DNA of 64,000 bases from Eledone cirrhosa (Eukaryota), in assembly GCA_964016885.1 (NCBI GenBank), contig OZ024740.1, forward strand, positions 349,990,001-350,054,000, read 5' to 3'. Below are positions 1 through 13,091 of the stretch, piece by piece. Each line of letters starts with the position of its first letter. Position 1 is the first letter of the stretch. The notes below the pieces were generated by a model. The model ran no database searches. It was not told the origin of the DNA and was given only the letters and a program-made list of their open reading frames with translations. The translations under genes were made by a program, and so were the position numbers.

Positions 1-90
1 TATACACTTAAACATTCCACGATATCTTCTTTGGTTACACAGGATTCTATCTCAACCCCCCTATAAGGAAACTGAAGAGTTGTTTTGTAC

Positions 91-191
91 CTGGAGCCCA
101 TAACATAAGAAGTAGCGTGGAAGACGAAACAGAAAGCTTGAAGATCAGGTCATTTTTTGTCCAATGAATTCTCACTGTTTTAACAATACGA
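91..191 (-). other. possible spliced exon of a host gene (minus strand)
   Basis: The minus strand reads polypyrimidine tract tttttctctcttctctcgatttccgtttcaAG, then 101 nt open in one frame (RIVKTVRIHWTKNDLIFKLSVSSSTLLLMLWAP), then cag|GTacaa. No homology recognised. Confidence 0.3.
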
Positions 192-364
192 CTTGAAACG
201 GAAATCGAGAGAAGAGAGAAAAATTAGGAATATAATGTTATGATAACCTGAAGTTAGTTTACAAGTACATCCAAAGGCTGCAACACATTATCTATACAGA
301 GCATAAAACAGAGTCTGGTCAAGCAGTACGTAGAAAATGCTTTTACATCTAGTTTTCTTCAAGT

Positions 365-969
365 GTTTGAATCGATAATGTATTACCAAGCGATGAAAAG
401 TGGATGTAATACAACCACCAACGATGTTCAGTTTCTTATGACCTCCCCAAATCGACGCTGCACCAAAGAAAGGTTATGGTGACTGTTTGGGGGTCCACAA
501 CCATGCTAATTCCCTAAAACATTTTAATCCAGGCGAAACAATCACAGCAGAGAATATTGTCACGAAATCGATGAAATCCATAAAAAATTGAAACGTATGT
601 GTCCAGTATTGGCCAATAGAAAATATCCAATTCTCTTGCACGGCAAAGCTCGAACACATTCCAAAACATAATATGAAGGAATTGAGCTACCGCATCCAGA
701 TCTTTCATCAACTGACTACCATTTTTTCAGGCATTTCAATAGCTTCTTGCAAAGAAAAGTTTTCAATAACCAAACAACTGCAAACAATGCATTCGAAAAA
801 TTCATCGTCTAGAACTACAGAATTCTAATTTGCTGGAGTAAATAAATTTGTATCGTATTTGCAAAAATATGTAAATTTTAATGGTTTTATTTCGATCAAT
901 AAAGGAGTGTGGTATATTGATTTAAAGTTAATGTTTAAAAGTATATATTAATTTTTGAACAACCTGATA
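365..969 (+). pseudogene. decayed mariner (Tc1/mariner) transposase, 3' half with right TIR
   Basis: Broken frames give DEKW, HQRKVMVTVWG, PGETITAE, RKYPILLHGKARTH and LPHPDLSSTDYHFF (eroded YSPDLAPxDY motif). Ends in atttttgaacaacctgaTA, a mariner-like TIR end. Confidence 0.8.
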
Positions 970-2583
970 CATACACATAAACACACTAGCTAAAGTAGTG
1001 TATATTTTCAGTTTCAAAAATAAAACAAATATGAAATTACACAACGTGCTTCCGTATAGGTTCCGCCTACCAAAATTCCCTCAAATGGCGTTGTTCAATC
1101 AACATCTTCAATAGAAGACAATATAGAACCAAAATGAACCGAATTTATTAACTGCACGGTTATTTTATACATTAAAAATACTATTTTAGTTATTTAAGGC
1201 TCTATATCTTCAATAGTTTGTGAGATACTAGAGTAGAATCAATAAATTAAATAAGCAAGCGTGATAATCGTGGCACCTAATATTGTATTGTTTGGATAAG
1301 CGAAAAAGGATGCGGAAATCTTTTGCACTTGTATACCATAATTTTCTCTTTAAATTAATTTAGTAATATGAAGTTATCAACTGATTGCAGCAATTCTTAT
1401 ATAAAATGAATTATGAGTTCTACATAAATGGAATTATGTACATCTCGAATAAAAATATTTCTGTTTCCACAGTTTTTTGTGATTTTTTTCAATGCCATAT
1501 CAGAACTATTTAATACGTAGATCACAGATGTTCTTATTTCTCTTTTATCATTTCATGTATTCATTGCACGCTATTCGGAATAGAGAAGCCATTACTGTTC
1601 AATTGTTAGTATCAACTTTATTAATGAGAAGTTGGTTTCTGAAACAGGAACAAACATATTCCTATTACACCGTTATAATTTGATCTTAAACATATAATTT
1701 GATTGAAGTATAATGTTTTAATATACTGTAGACAAGGAATTCTTTGAAAACAATGAATAGCAGATGTACGACATGTTGATCACCTGCTAGACTTACATTA
1801 TGGATTTTCGGTATTTCATATTTCTACAATGTTCAAATCAACTTTTATATAACTTGACTCGTAATATACCTACCGGCAATACATTGAGCTGCAACACTCG
1901 TTCCGACTCTCTGCACTCTGAATTCAAATCAGAGCGATGTTAAATTTACATTTCATTCTTTCGAAGTCAATAAAAAAAATAGCAGTCCAATACTGGGATC
2001 CTCTATATATCTTTTTCACTTCTCTCTATCTCTATTGGAACACAATATATTTAAATTATACCATTTATGTGATCGAGAAAGCCGCAATTTCACCCAAAAC
2101 AAAGAACAGTTTTATAACCTAGAAAAACGAAATCAATAAATTGCATGTTTTGGGGTGAGTGTGATTGGTATGGTTGAATCTGGATATACAGGAGCTTCAG
2201 GTGGGTTTCAATGGTTCATTGTTCAAGTTTTGCTAGTATCAACAGTACTTTCAATCGAACTAGTGTTTTATAAATGACGAAAATAATACACAAAAAACAT
2301 TAACTAATTTAACGCACACACACACACGTATATATATATATATATGGGGGTGCATTGGAATATTGGAATAAGATTGACCAATTATATATGAGTACTCAAT
2401 GCTAGCGCCCTATAATTGCAATAAGGAATTCGTTGTAGGAGTTTTCCATGCTCCATATGATATATACATATCCGTGTAATATAAATAAATAAATACACAC
2501 AGAGTCAGACAGACAGACACACACACACAAACACACTCACAGACACAGACAATACACAGTCACACAGACGCGAGCACACACAC

Positions 2584-2685
<102 letters not shown>

Positions 2686-2686
2686 A

Positions 2687-2774
2687 TTCCAGCAGAGAGC
2701 AGGCGAAGTACTGTCCTGATGATGGCCAGAGCCAGAAACGCGATGGCAGTTGTCCCCTGTTACTTCTGCTGGAA
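2687..2774 (+). ncRNA. type I minimal hammerhead ribozyme motif with a degenerate cleavage site
   Basis: actgtc-CTGATGA-tggc(caga)gcca-GAAA-cgcg-AT-ggcagt. Stem I (actgtc/ggcagt) is extended by ttccagcaga/tctgctggaa. AT replaces the canonical UH. Confidence 0.7.
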
Positions 2775-2917
2775 TCCGTTAGACTGCGCTAGCCGTCAGC
2801 TTTTCAGCATTTACAGCTAGAAGACTTTCCAAATGTTTATTCATAAACATACCATATATCATTAAATATACGAAATTGACATACTTATATGTATACAGCT
2901 ATGTCGGAGCGAAAACA

Positions 2918-2954
<37 letters not shown>

Positions 2955-2987
2955 GTGTGTGTGTGTAAATATATATATATACATATT

Positions 2988-3035
<48 letters not shown>

Positions 3036-3995
3036 CATACACACAAACACACACAGACACACACAGACACACACACACACACACATATATATATATGTAT
3101 ATATTTCAATGATAAAAAGAAGACCGGATTCCAAATATTCCTTTCGTATTGCAAGAATCACATTTCTATACGATCTACTTCAAGTAATATATAACATTTG
3201 AATACTATATATAACATTTGAATACGATTGATACCGACAAATTAGGAGTAGAAATATTTATATTATAGATGCTCTGAACTGAAGTTTATTGAGCTTTGTA
3301 CCGAGAAGCATTATCGATATACATTTTACATGTATTAGTTAAATCTAAGTTTAGCCTATTTCTACTCTAAATTAGTTTCAGTTGTCTCAAATGGATTCAC
3401 CCCGAACTCTTTCTAGCATCCTTTAAGGTCTGTCCTGTTTTATCTACCCTTCCGTTAAACGTGAGAATATTGTCACTCACTGTGTCACACAGAATATGCC
3501 CGAGAACTATGTTTAATGTGCTGGTGTCTATGATTATTTCAGCCACCTGCACGTTAATTTCAGAAGCAGATTGTTGTGTTGATCGACCAACTGGAACATT
3601 AATCGACGAAACCAACGGAGATCATTTTCATTTCTCATAGGTAAGAAATATTACCGTTACAAATTGTGAAGCTTTGAATAGTTTTAAAATTTCTAATAGT
3701 AATTTAATATGAATTCCTAACATAGGCACTAGATAACATATTTTGAAAGACACTATAGTTGATTATATAGACCCCAGTACTTGAATACTACTACTTTATT
3801 TTATAGACACCTTGATAGAACGTAAAGATCCAGAACGAATACCGCAAGGCTACCGATTCTGCGACAATTCTAATTTTCGAATACCAATATCTATACGTAT
3901 AATTACTGCAGTATGAAGGTGAACAAATTGTAAAACATTTTATTTTTATTAAAGAAAAGAAAAGTATTTCAGTTTGTCCTGTATTATGAGTGTTA

Positions 3996-4385
3996 GGGTG
4001 GTGGTTTGGCAGTATCGGTTGAGGGTCGGACAACATGCTTTGTAGCATAGAGTTACGCCCCTTTCTGATCTGAGTTCAAATCCTGCCGAGGTTAACTTTG
4101 CCTTTCATCCTTACAGGGTCGATAAAATAAAGTACCAGTAATGCACTGGGTAATTGCTGGCCTTGTGCCAAAAAGTAGAAACAATTATGAGTGTTAAGGG
4201 CGGTGGATTGGCAGTATCGGTAGAGGGTCGGACGCCATGCTTTGCAGCATAGAGTTACGGCTCTTTATGGTCTGAGTTCAAATCCCGCCGAGGTTAACTT
4301 TGCCTTTCATCCTTACGGAGTCGATAAAATAAAGCACCAGTAATACACTGGGATAATTGCTGGCCTAGTGCTAAAAGTAGAAACA
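3996..4385 (+). mobile_element. tandem dimer of tRNA-derived SINE
   Basis: Two ~190-bp copies with A-box-like tggcagtatcgg, B-box gagttcaaatcc and core ctttgcctttcatccttac.gggtcgataaaataaagtaccag (resembling the Nin/Deu SINE domain). attatgagtgtta occurs at 3983, 4184 and 4386. Confidence 0.9.
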
Positions 4386-4560
4386 ATTATGAGTGTTAGA
4401 GTTTCATGAGATGGCAGATTAGCAGAACCGTTAGTGTCATTTGATACGTTTCATTATATCCTCATTTCAAATCACGATGAGGCAAACTTTGCTTTTCATT
4501 CTTGAGTGGGTTGATAAAATAATCTACACGTCCAGGATGGTAGATTGGTCTTGAATAAAC

Positions 4561-4734
4561 TACCGTATTTCCCGGCGTCGAAGACGCTTTGTCCTCGAGG
4601 ACGCACCCTAATTTTGACAACCAAAAATTTGAAAAAAACCCCCCCAAAAAACCACCTTCGGCCTCCAGGACGCATGAATTTTTGAGACTTATTTTATGAA
4701 AAAAATAGCGTCTTCGACGCCGGGAAATACGGTA
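4561..4734. mobile_element. MITE, Tc1/mariner superfamily (pogo/Tc2-like CCGTA ends)
   Basis: Perfect inverted ends taccgtatttcccggcgtcgaagacgct ... agcgtcttcgacgccgggaaatacggta, including the TA target duplication. No ORF. Confidence 0.9.
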
Positions 4735-4994
4735 CTTTGCAATATTTCTCACAGCACTAACGTTCTATAATTACTTAAGACAATACTGGTATCATGCTGT
4801 AACAGTCTTTTACCTTCTCTTGAACAATATCGATGGAGTAAAGAAGAGATGCTTGTAGTATAAACAACTACTAGTTTTCCATTAGAAAAGAAAAACATTT
4901 GAGAGGGCTGGTGCTTGCGGTGAAGGTACTTGGTCAATCTAGGCGGCGGAGGCTTTATAATGTATCGTATTAATTTATAGCACCGATGAGTTAC

Positions 4995-5200
4995 CGTAGG
5001 AAAAAAAAAGAGTGAAACAGAAATAAAATAAATAGAGGAGGAGGAGGAGAAAATAAAATAACAAGAAAACCGAGAATAAATGAACCAAACTGCACTGTTG
5101 ATTTTCTATCTTGGGAACTCATTTGCTTAGTTCTAACCTCATTCAGTTCTTTCAACTGGCGCCGCCTCTGTTGTACTGACATCAGGCAGCAAGTGGGGGA
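4995..5200 (-). other. possible 5' exon (minus strand)
   Basis: Unique, more GC-balanced segment ending in donor-like cctacg|GTaact. Phase-2 compatible with the candidate exon at 91-191. Confidence 0.2.
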
Positions 5201-5338
5201 TAGGGGGAGGGTTGAACAGAAACAGAAATAAACAGAGAGAGAGAGAAGACAGAGGTTAAGGGACACAAAAACAGATGGATTGAGCAACAGATAAAAATTT
5301 AAGAAATGAGATATAGACAAGGAGAAAGAGAGAGAAGG

Positions 5339-5398
<60 letters not shown>

Positions 5399-5859
5399 CA
5401 GCGGGAGGGAGAAAGAGATCTATAACGAAAACTGTATGGGCGTACACATGCAATTCACATCTTATTCTCTGTAATTCACTCATTTAAATAAACGCACAAA
5501 CATACAAAAGCACAATCTAGTGTCGGCTAAAATACCTTGTGGTATTTGGTTACATCCCTTTCATTCTTAATTCAAATTCTTTCGAGGTTCACTTTGCCTT
5601 CTTTCCTTCCAAGGTTGATACAATAAATACTGAAGTCGTTGTATACGTAGCATAGCAGAATAGTTAAGTGTTTTGCTTTGTAATCATAAAGTTCCAGGCT
5701 CGATCCACTGCCTGGCAAAAGTAATTTCCCACAAGAATATATTCCCGTAGTGTTTTATGGACTGTACCTGTAATTCAAAGACTGTACCTGTACTCAATCT
5801 CACAACAACAAAAGCAAATCCAGCAAAACGATACAACACTCACACACTATACAGCAGTC

Positions 5860-6137
5860 AATTGGAGGAGGATAGCGAGGAGGGGTCACTTGCCCTAGTG
5901 GTCAGGCTGGCCGTGGCTCTTTGAGGATTTTCTACACAAGTGACCCTTGGAGGACGCCCCACTTTGGGGGAATTTGTTGTTTGATTAATAAAAAAAAAAT
6001 TGTTTTTAGTCTTTGATATACATTTTTATTTTACACAAAAATCCCCACACTGTCCAGTCGTGTGCCGTCCTGTACTGTCTTTAATGTTTTCTTAATGTGA
6101 GCCTTGTGTGGCTAATAAAGAAATTATTATTATTATT
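5860..6137 (+). mobile_element. 3' UTR fragment of an L1/Tx1-type LINE with (ATT)n tail
   Basis: Ends gccttgtgtggctaataaagaaattattattatt, the same terminal stem-loop plus AATAAAGAAAT signature as the elements at 14.1-16.5 kb. Confidence 0.6.
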
Positions 6138-6776
6138 GAGTTCAAATACCACCGAGGTTAACTTTACCTTTCATCCTTACGGGGTCGATAAAATAAAGTA
6201 CCAGTAATACACTGGTTCGATTTAATCGACTTTCCCCTCCCCCAAAATTGTTGGCCTTGTGCCTAAATAAAAAACCATTGTTATTATTATTGTTACTGTT
6301 GAGGGCAGTGGATTGGCAGTATCGGTAAAGGGTCGGACATCATGCTTTGCAGCATAGAGTTACGGCCTTTTATGTTCTGGGTTCAAATCCCGCCGAGGTT
6401 AACTTTGCCTTTCATCCTTACAGGGTCGATAAAATAAAGTACCAGTAACACACTGGAGTCGATTTAATCGACTTTCCCCTCCCCCAAAATTGCTGGCCTT
6501 GTGCCTATAGTAGAAACCATTATTATTATTATTGTTATTGCTGTTGTTGTTGTTTATTATTGTTATTATTTCTTGTTTAGGCACAAGACCAGCAATTTTT
6601 GGGATGAAGGAGCCGGTAGAATTAACCCTAGTACTTTACTGGTACTTTATTTCATCGATTCCAGAACGATATAATTCGAAGTCAACCTCAGTGGGATTTG
6701 AGGTCAAAACATAGGGTGCCAGTAATAATAATTGTTTCTATTTTAGGCACAAGGCCAGCAATTACACAGTACATTA

Positions 6777-6780
<4 letters not shown>
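6138..6780. mobile_element. SINE cluster: 6138-6285 (+, 5' truncated), 6302-6520 (+), ~6570-6720 (-, older), ~6730-6780 (-, 3' fragment)
   Basis: Same B-box, core and gctggccttgtgcc...gaaac tail as 3996-4385, separated by (ATT)/(GTT) tails. Confidence 0.85.
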
Positions 6781-6815
<35 letters not shown>

Positions 6816-7067
6816 ATGTTGATTTAAAACTGCACTATCAACAAGTGTTTTTTTAGCCTTCTTATCATGTTCTCCTGTTTTATCTGATGAAAACCCAAAT
6901 ATTATTGCTTGATGATGTTTGTTTTTGAAATGCGCATAATAAAATATATGGAACTCCTTTAACCATCTTTTGATCTTATATTATGCATACTCCAGTCCCA
7001 CAAACTGTAGAGTGCTTCTTATCCAATATCTGCATTGCTTTATTGTACTACAATAAAACTCACCTCC

Positions 7068-7114
<47 letters not shown>

Positions 7115-7546
7115 ATACACCATACAGAACCATTCTTCCATGTTTCAAATAAACAAGAAGTGGTGTTTCCGAACTTAATGAGAGCTGATATAAGTAGAAC
7201 TGGCCTGTTAAACTCATAATTATGTGGAGTCGCTTGTTCAAACCCAATTTCTGTGATTCAAGTATTTCCCATAATTAAAAGAGGATGTGTATATATACAC
7301 ACACATACTTTGATAAAGCCTCCATTTCCTTTAGACAAGCAATCTTTCCGCTGTTCTTCTTTTTCTGGTTCTTCCTCTTTCATTATCTCTCTTCTACTTC
7401 TTCCTTCTTTCTTTTTCTTTACCCAATTTAACCTCTCACTATTTCTTCCTCCTCATTTGGTATTTTTTTTATTTTATAAACACTTTAAAATTATTTTTCT
7501 CTATCTAGTGCCTCTTATATTTTTTCTTCGCTCATTATTTCTGTTT

Positions 7547-7919
7547 GGATTGGCAGTATCGGTAGAGGGTCGGACGCCATGCTTTGACGCATAGAGTTAC
7601 GGCCCTTGCCATTCTGAGTTCAAATCCCGCCGAGGTTAACTTTGCCTTTCATCCTTACGGGGTCGATAAAATAAAGTACCAGTAATACACTGGATAATTG
7701 CTGGCCTTGTGCCAAAAGTAGAAACAATTATTTCTGTTTGGATTGGCAGTATGGGTAGAGGATCGGACGCCATGCTTTGACGCATAGAGTTACGTCCCTT
7801 CCCATTCTGAGTTCAAATCCCGCCGAGGGTAACTTTGCCTTTCATCCTTACAGGGTCGCTAAAATAAAGTACCAGTAATGTACTGAATAATTGCTGGCCT
7901 TGTGCCCAAAGTAGAAACA
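7547..7919 (+). mobile_element. tandem dimer of the same SINE, both copies identically 5'-truncated
   Basis: Two ~180-bp copies. attatttctgttt occurs at 7534, 7727 and 7920. Confidence 0.9.
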
Positions 7920-7934
7920 ATTATTTCTGTTTTT

Positions 7935-8209
7935 CTCTATTTTTCTCTGTCACTCACCTTTTTTTATTCCCTATCCCTAACTTTCTTTCTATATCTGCCT
8001 TTCTATCACTGTGTCCTTGTCTCTGTCTTTCCTCGTCTCACACTCTCTCTCTGTCAATCTCTTTCCGCCTTTCTCTTTATCCCTGATTTCCCCTCCTTCC
8101 TCGTCTCTCTCTCTCTCTCTCTCTCTCACCCTCTCTGCCTTTCTCTTTTGCTTTACCTCTTTTCCCATGCCTTTCCCTCCTTCCTCTTTTTTCGCTTTCT
8201 TTCTTTCTG

Positions 8210-8264
<55 letters not shown>

Positions 8265-8881
8265 ACCCTTCTTTCTTTTTCTTCCTCTCTGTCTTCCCCC
8301 CTCCTTGACCCCTTCTCTATCTCTGCCCTTCTCTGCCGCCCTTTCTCTACCAAGTGTTCCCCCTCTCTTAACATCCACATTTTCCCTTTTCCGATTTCTT
8401 TCATCTCTTTTTCCATCTCCCTCTCCCCTTTTCCGTCTATCCCTTTCATCCCCTCTTCCCACCCACTTCTACTTCTTACCCTTTAATATCACTTCCCGCC
8501 CCCTACTCTGTTCTATTTTTTCCATCCTCAGTTTCATTCCCTTCAAAATATTTTTATTTTTTCCCCTTTTCTTCTTCGTTTATCATTTTCATTCCTTCCG
8601 TTTCTCTTTCTTTGTTTAGCTTCAGGTCATATTTTTTCTTTCTACTGCTGTTTACCATCTTTTCTTTCCACTAAGTCACTATCTTCCCACTCCCTGCTCT
8701 CCAATCTTATATATATATATATATATTTATATATACATATGTGTGTGTGTGTGTGTGTGTGTATTCCTTTCTATCTTTCTTTCTTTCTTATCTTCTTTTT
8801 TCTTTCTTTCTTTCATTCTTTCCTTTTTTCTTTCGCTCTCTTTCTCTCTCTCTCTCTCTCACTCATTCTCTCTCGCTTTCT

Positions 8882-8913
<32 letters not shown>

Positions 8914-8980
8914 TCAAAGTTTCTCACGTTTTGCTTGTCCTTTTTGTTTCTTCTCTCCCTTTCTCTCATTTTTTTTACAT
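7935..8980. repeat. polypyrimidine/(CT)n/(CTTT)n low-complexity tract
   Basis: Direct reading. Confidence 0.9.
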
Positions 8981-9089
8981 CACCCCACCACATTCCCACT
9001 AGCACTTCCTGACATTTTACTGAAATAAGCAAATAACCACTCAAATAAATAAATAAATGAATACATCAAAACCGCTCTCAACACCGCGG

Positions 9090-9725
9090 CCTTTGCCACC
9101 AGCGTTACCAGCAACGCGACCAATACCGCCACAATTACCACCAGCACTAGCAGCACCAGCAACAGCATCAACACCACCAGCACCACCAGCAACAGCACCA
9201 GCATCACCACCATCGCCACCACCACCACCACCTCCACCACAACAAACATTACCACCATCACAACCACCATAACTACCACCACCTCCAACACCATCAGTAC
9301 CACCACCACCAGCACAACCACCGCCACTACCACCACAGACATCACCACCACTATCACCACCACCACCACCACCACCACCACCACTGTCATTTACTGTCAC
9401 CATTACCGTCAACTACTGCCACTATCACACCCTACTTTTGCTGAAATTACTACCGTTACTGTTGCCAACGTAACGACTTTAACTATTTCCATTGGTGGTA
9501 TTACCATCACCAAAGCCGCCGCCACCACCACGATTGCGTGTACCATTATCAGGATTAACATTAGCGGTCAAACCATCCTCATTATCAACATACAACCACG
9601 AAAACCTTCAATTGTGACCTCAACAACACCCTGCTGTTCACTGCCTACACCTAACACCTAACACCACAACCATCACCACCACAACCAGTGTCAGCACTAC
9701 GGCGCTATTATTAACACCAGCAGCA

Positions 9726-9790
<65 letters not shown>
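9090..9790. repeat. (CCA)n/(GCA)n degenerate trinucleotide tract ending in (CTA)n
   Basis: Direct reading. Pure (CTA)n at ~9728-9790. Confidence 0.9.
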
Positions 9791-10657
9791 TCGCTTCTGC
9801 TGCTGCACCATTATCAAAATGATTGCAAATATTTTTTGCTATACACTTAATTATTACAAAAAGAAAATATTAATTTGCCATGCATCCCTTCGCCGAAGAA
9901 CACCAACAGACGTGGGATATATTCGTAGTTATCTCCCTTATTCCAAATATAAACAAAATAACGGATTACTTTTCATTGCATATTAGATTCTACTGCAAAC
10001 TTTTGGTGTAGTCAGTATTAAATGATCTATCCCACACTATTGGTTGTAGATTTAATTTGTCGCTGAGTTTAACGGGGAATTAGCAGAGTTAAAGTGTATT
10101 TCTTCCTGCTCTCTGCGCCCAGAGTTCGAATTCCATTGTGGTCAACTTTACCTTTTGGAGTTCATAAAATATAATACTAGTCTTGGACTGTGTTCAAATT
10201 GCTCTGTTGTTTAAACTTTCGCCCGTTCTCACCACTTCCTACCCTTGGGTACTTTTAGCGGAGGTGACTGTGCTGCGAGTAGTTCGTCTGTTTTGAGGAA
10301 ACCTCCCCTCTTTTGACCCACTAATCTCAGAGGCCCTGAATAAGGTCATGTGTACTGACTTGTTCTACTGACTAAAGAGTAACCCCCCCCCCCAAAAAAA
10401 AAACCCACATCACCTCCTTGCATCTAAGTGTATCTAATGGTGGCCAATCTGTTGTAAGATTTTTGTTCAGATCTCACAATTAACTATAATTTCTTCCTTT
10501 CCTCTCACGAATCTCGGAGGTTAAAACAAGTATCATGAGAGATGTCCGTCCTCTAAACAACGTAAAAAGTAATTAAAAAACATATATCTCAAAACTATAA
10601 TTTGAATTAATTATCTTTCATATATATATATATATATATAATATAATTCAATATAAT

Positions 10658-10843
10658 TTTTTCTACTTTAGGCACAAGGCCAGCAATTACTCAGTGCATT
10701 ACTGGTACTTTATTTTATCGACCCCGTAAGGATGAAAGGCAAAGTCAACCTCGGCGGGATTTGAACTCAGATCGTAAAGGGACGTAACTATGCTGGAAAG
10801 CATGGCGTCCGACCCTCTACCGATACTGCCAATCCACCGCCCT
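10658..10843 (-). mobile_element. SINE, full length, with TSD
   Basis: Reverse complement of the 3996 family. tataattcaatataat is duplicated on both sides. Confidence 0.9.
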
Positions 10844-10996
10844 TATAATTCAATATAATAAAGAGAGATAAGCACAGATATATACATATATGTGTTCAAA
10901 TCGTATCCTATTCACCCTAGCGAATCTGGTCCCTTACGATTTGAACACATACATGTATATATCTGTGTTTATCTCTCTTTATTATATTGAATTATA
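10844..10996. repeat. inverted repeat (~62-bp arms, ~30-nt spacer)
   Basis: tataattcaatataataaagagagataagcacagatatatacat..tgtgttcaaatcgta is mirrored by tacgatttgaacaca..tttattatattgaattata. Confidence 0.85.
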
Positions 10997-11079
10997 TTAC
11001 ACGGCCTGTAAATTTTTTTCTCCTTGAGCTATTTAATTGTAAGAGACTACTTTGAGTTTCTAACTCAATATATACTTTA

Positions 11080-11232
11080 GACATGGAAGAGGAAGACCGA
11101 GGTTAACATATGTTGATGCCCTAAGGACAGACACTGGTCTCTTGGAGACGCAGGACATGGCAGCGATAATGAGGGACAGAGACCGCTGGAGAGAACTCGT
11201 CCATGGATCTCGAGAATTTTATCCGCCCTAGA
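11080..11232 (+). mobile_element. RTE-clade LINE 3' end fragment
   Basis: Translates RHGRGRPRLTYVDALRTDTG..MRDRDRWRELV, the typical RTE C-terminal RGRP..DR..W pattern. Confidence 0.75.
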
Positions 11233-11491
11233 TATGGATTATATACAAGTTTCTACATAACCTAGACATTATTTATCCCAAATTGTAGAAATCTTATAAC
11301 GAAACGATCGTCTGGAAGGAAAGAGATATTTATTTAATTATGTCTCATATAAAATAATACAACCAGCTATGTACGAAATACTGATTAGTTAGTACCCCAA
11401 ACACTAAATTGGGAAAATACTTAGGTATATCTTTGTTTGTTGAGTGAGATGGAGTTGGTCAGAGTATCGCTTAAGGCTTTCTCTGTTAATG

Positions 11492-11493
<2 letters not shown>

Positions 11494-11582
<89 letters not shown>

Positions 11583-11583
11583 G

Positions 11584-11618
<35 letters not shown>

Positions 11619-11619
11619 G

Positions 11620-11658
<39 letters not shown>

Positions 11659-11659
11659 G

Positions 11660-11705
<46 letters not shown>

Positions 11706-11719
11706 TATATATATATATG

Positions 11720-11787
<68 letters not shown>

Positions 11788-11870
11788 GTGTATATATATA
11801 TATATATATATACGTGTATATATATATATATACGTGTATATATATATATATATACACGTATATATATATG
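11494..11870. repeat. (TA)n microsatellite with internal duplicated variants
   Basis: Direct reading. Confidence 0.95.
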
Positions 11871-12753
11871 AAAGACGTAAAATAAGAAAATTATAAAAAT
11901 TAACTTACTTACTAAAATTTCACTCCAACTAATTAGTTTCTGAAAGGGAATAAACATGGTTTCCGAATGGAACGCATGGAGAAGGCCTTTCGTCATCAGG
12001 AAGTCTATTCTCAGCTAAGTTCCCAGGCGATGTGTGGACACAGGGAACTTATACAAAAATAATTCAGTGGATGGAAAAAAGCAAGCGTGGACTAAATTCC
12101 AAGACATTGAAAAAATCCCTGCCTACTTGGTCGGTGGCAAATTCAAAAGAATCAATCACGTGACATCGAGGTTAATCAGTGAGGAGTGGGGTGTTAAGAA
12201 GACAGTAGCCGAACTATTACTATGAACTATAGTAGCAGTTTTGGCAAATTTTTGCTCAACAAAATAATTTGGAGATAATTATAAAGAATTAGTATATCTA
12301 CCAACATATATATACAGATGCATACCTATGCTAGCAAATATATAGGTTTTGTCTTATATATATATGGACATCGTTGTAAAAATGTTATTGGTAATGTTAT
12401 TGGTAATGTTTAATGGATACCGAAGAAATCAGTACAGAGGGGAAAATGGAATCTCTTACTGTATTGATAGAAACGTTTGTAAATCAATTAATTAGTGTAA
12501 GTTAATCCTGATTATTTTATTCTTTTATATATGCTCTGTGATATATGGTTGTGTTATCAGCTCATCTAAACTATTATATATATATATATATATATTTTAG
12601 TACAGCATTAACGAAGCTTTAGGCTGCGGCTAAGCTAACGAATGAAAATGCGGAATGTAGCTTTAGCACTCGATGGAGAATAATACCCCAGAGTAATAAC
12701 AATACGTTTAGACAGCTTTGCAAATCAAATATAGCGATCGGCAGTCTAGCTGC

Positions 12754-12767
12754 ATTGCCATAGCAAC
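12754..12767. promoter_or_regulatory. RFX X-box-like motif
   Basis: attgccatagcaac is a near match to GTTGCCATGGCAAC and lies in unique, CpG-containing sequence. Confidence 0.3.
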
Positions 12768-13058
12768 GAAAAAGACTGGACTCAGGAAAAGATTTTTGAC
12801 TGACCTGGACCATCACGCGGAGACCGAATGCAATACATAATGCATATCGTATAGCATACGATATACATCACATACAACATACAACATCCACGCTAGGTTT
12901 CTGTAAATCCGAGATCGACTAATTCCGCTTCCAGGGGTCTGCAAGTTAATGGCCTTTGACGACAGAACAAAGGATTTACTTCGTCAACAAGTCTTGCGTT
13001 CTATAGCCTCAGCGGGTGTGTTCTAGCAGTATATATATATATATTCTAGCAGTATATA

Positions 13059-13091
<33 letters not shown>

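Noticed and set aside
3381-3640. 72-aa minus ORF / plus-strand exon ending at ag|gtaaga
   Set aside because: The minus ORF has a TTG start right after a stop and no acceptor. The plus frames contain or end in stops, and no motif is recognisable.
3996-4100. tRNA gene
   Set aside because: A and B boxes are present but there is no cloverleaf. It is the tRNA-derived head of a multi-copy SINE.
7902-9412. Leu/Ser/Phe-, Lys/Glu/Arg-, Val-, Gly- and Pro-rich ORFs
   Set aside because: Derived from (CT)n, (CTTT)n and (CCA)n simple repeats open in several frames at once.
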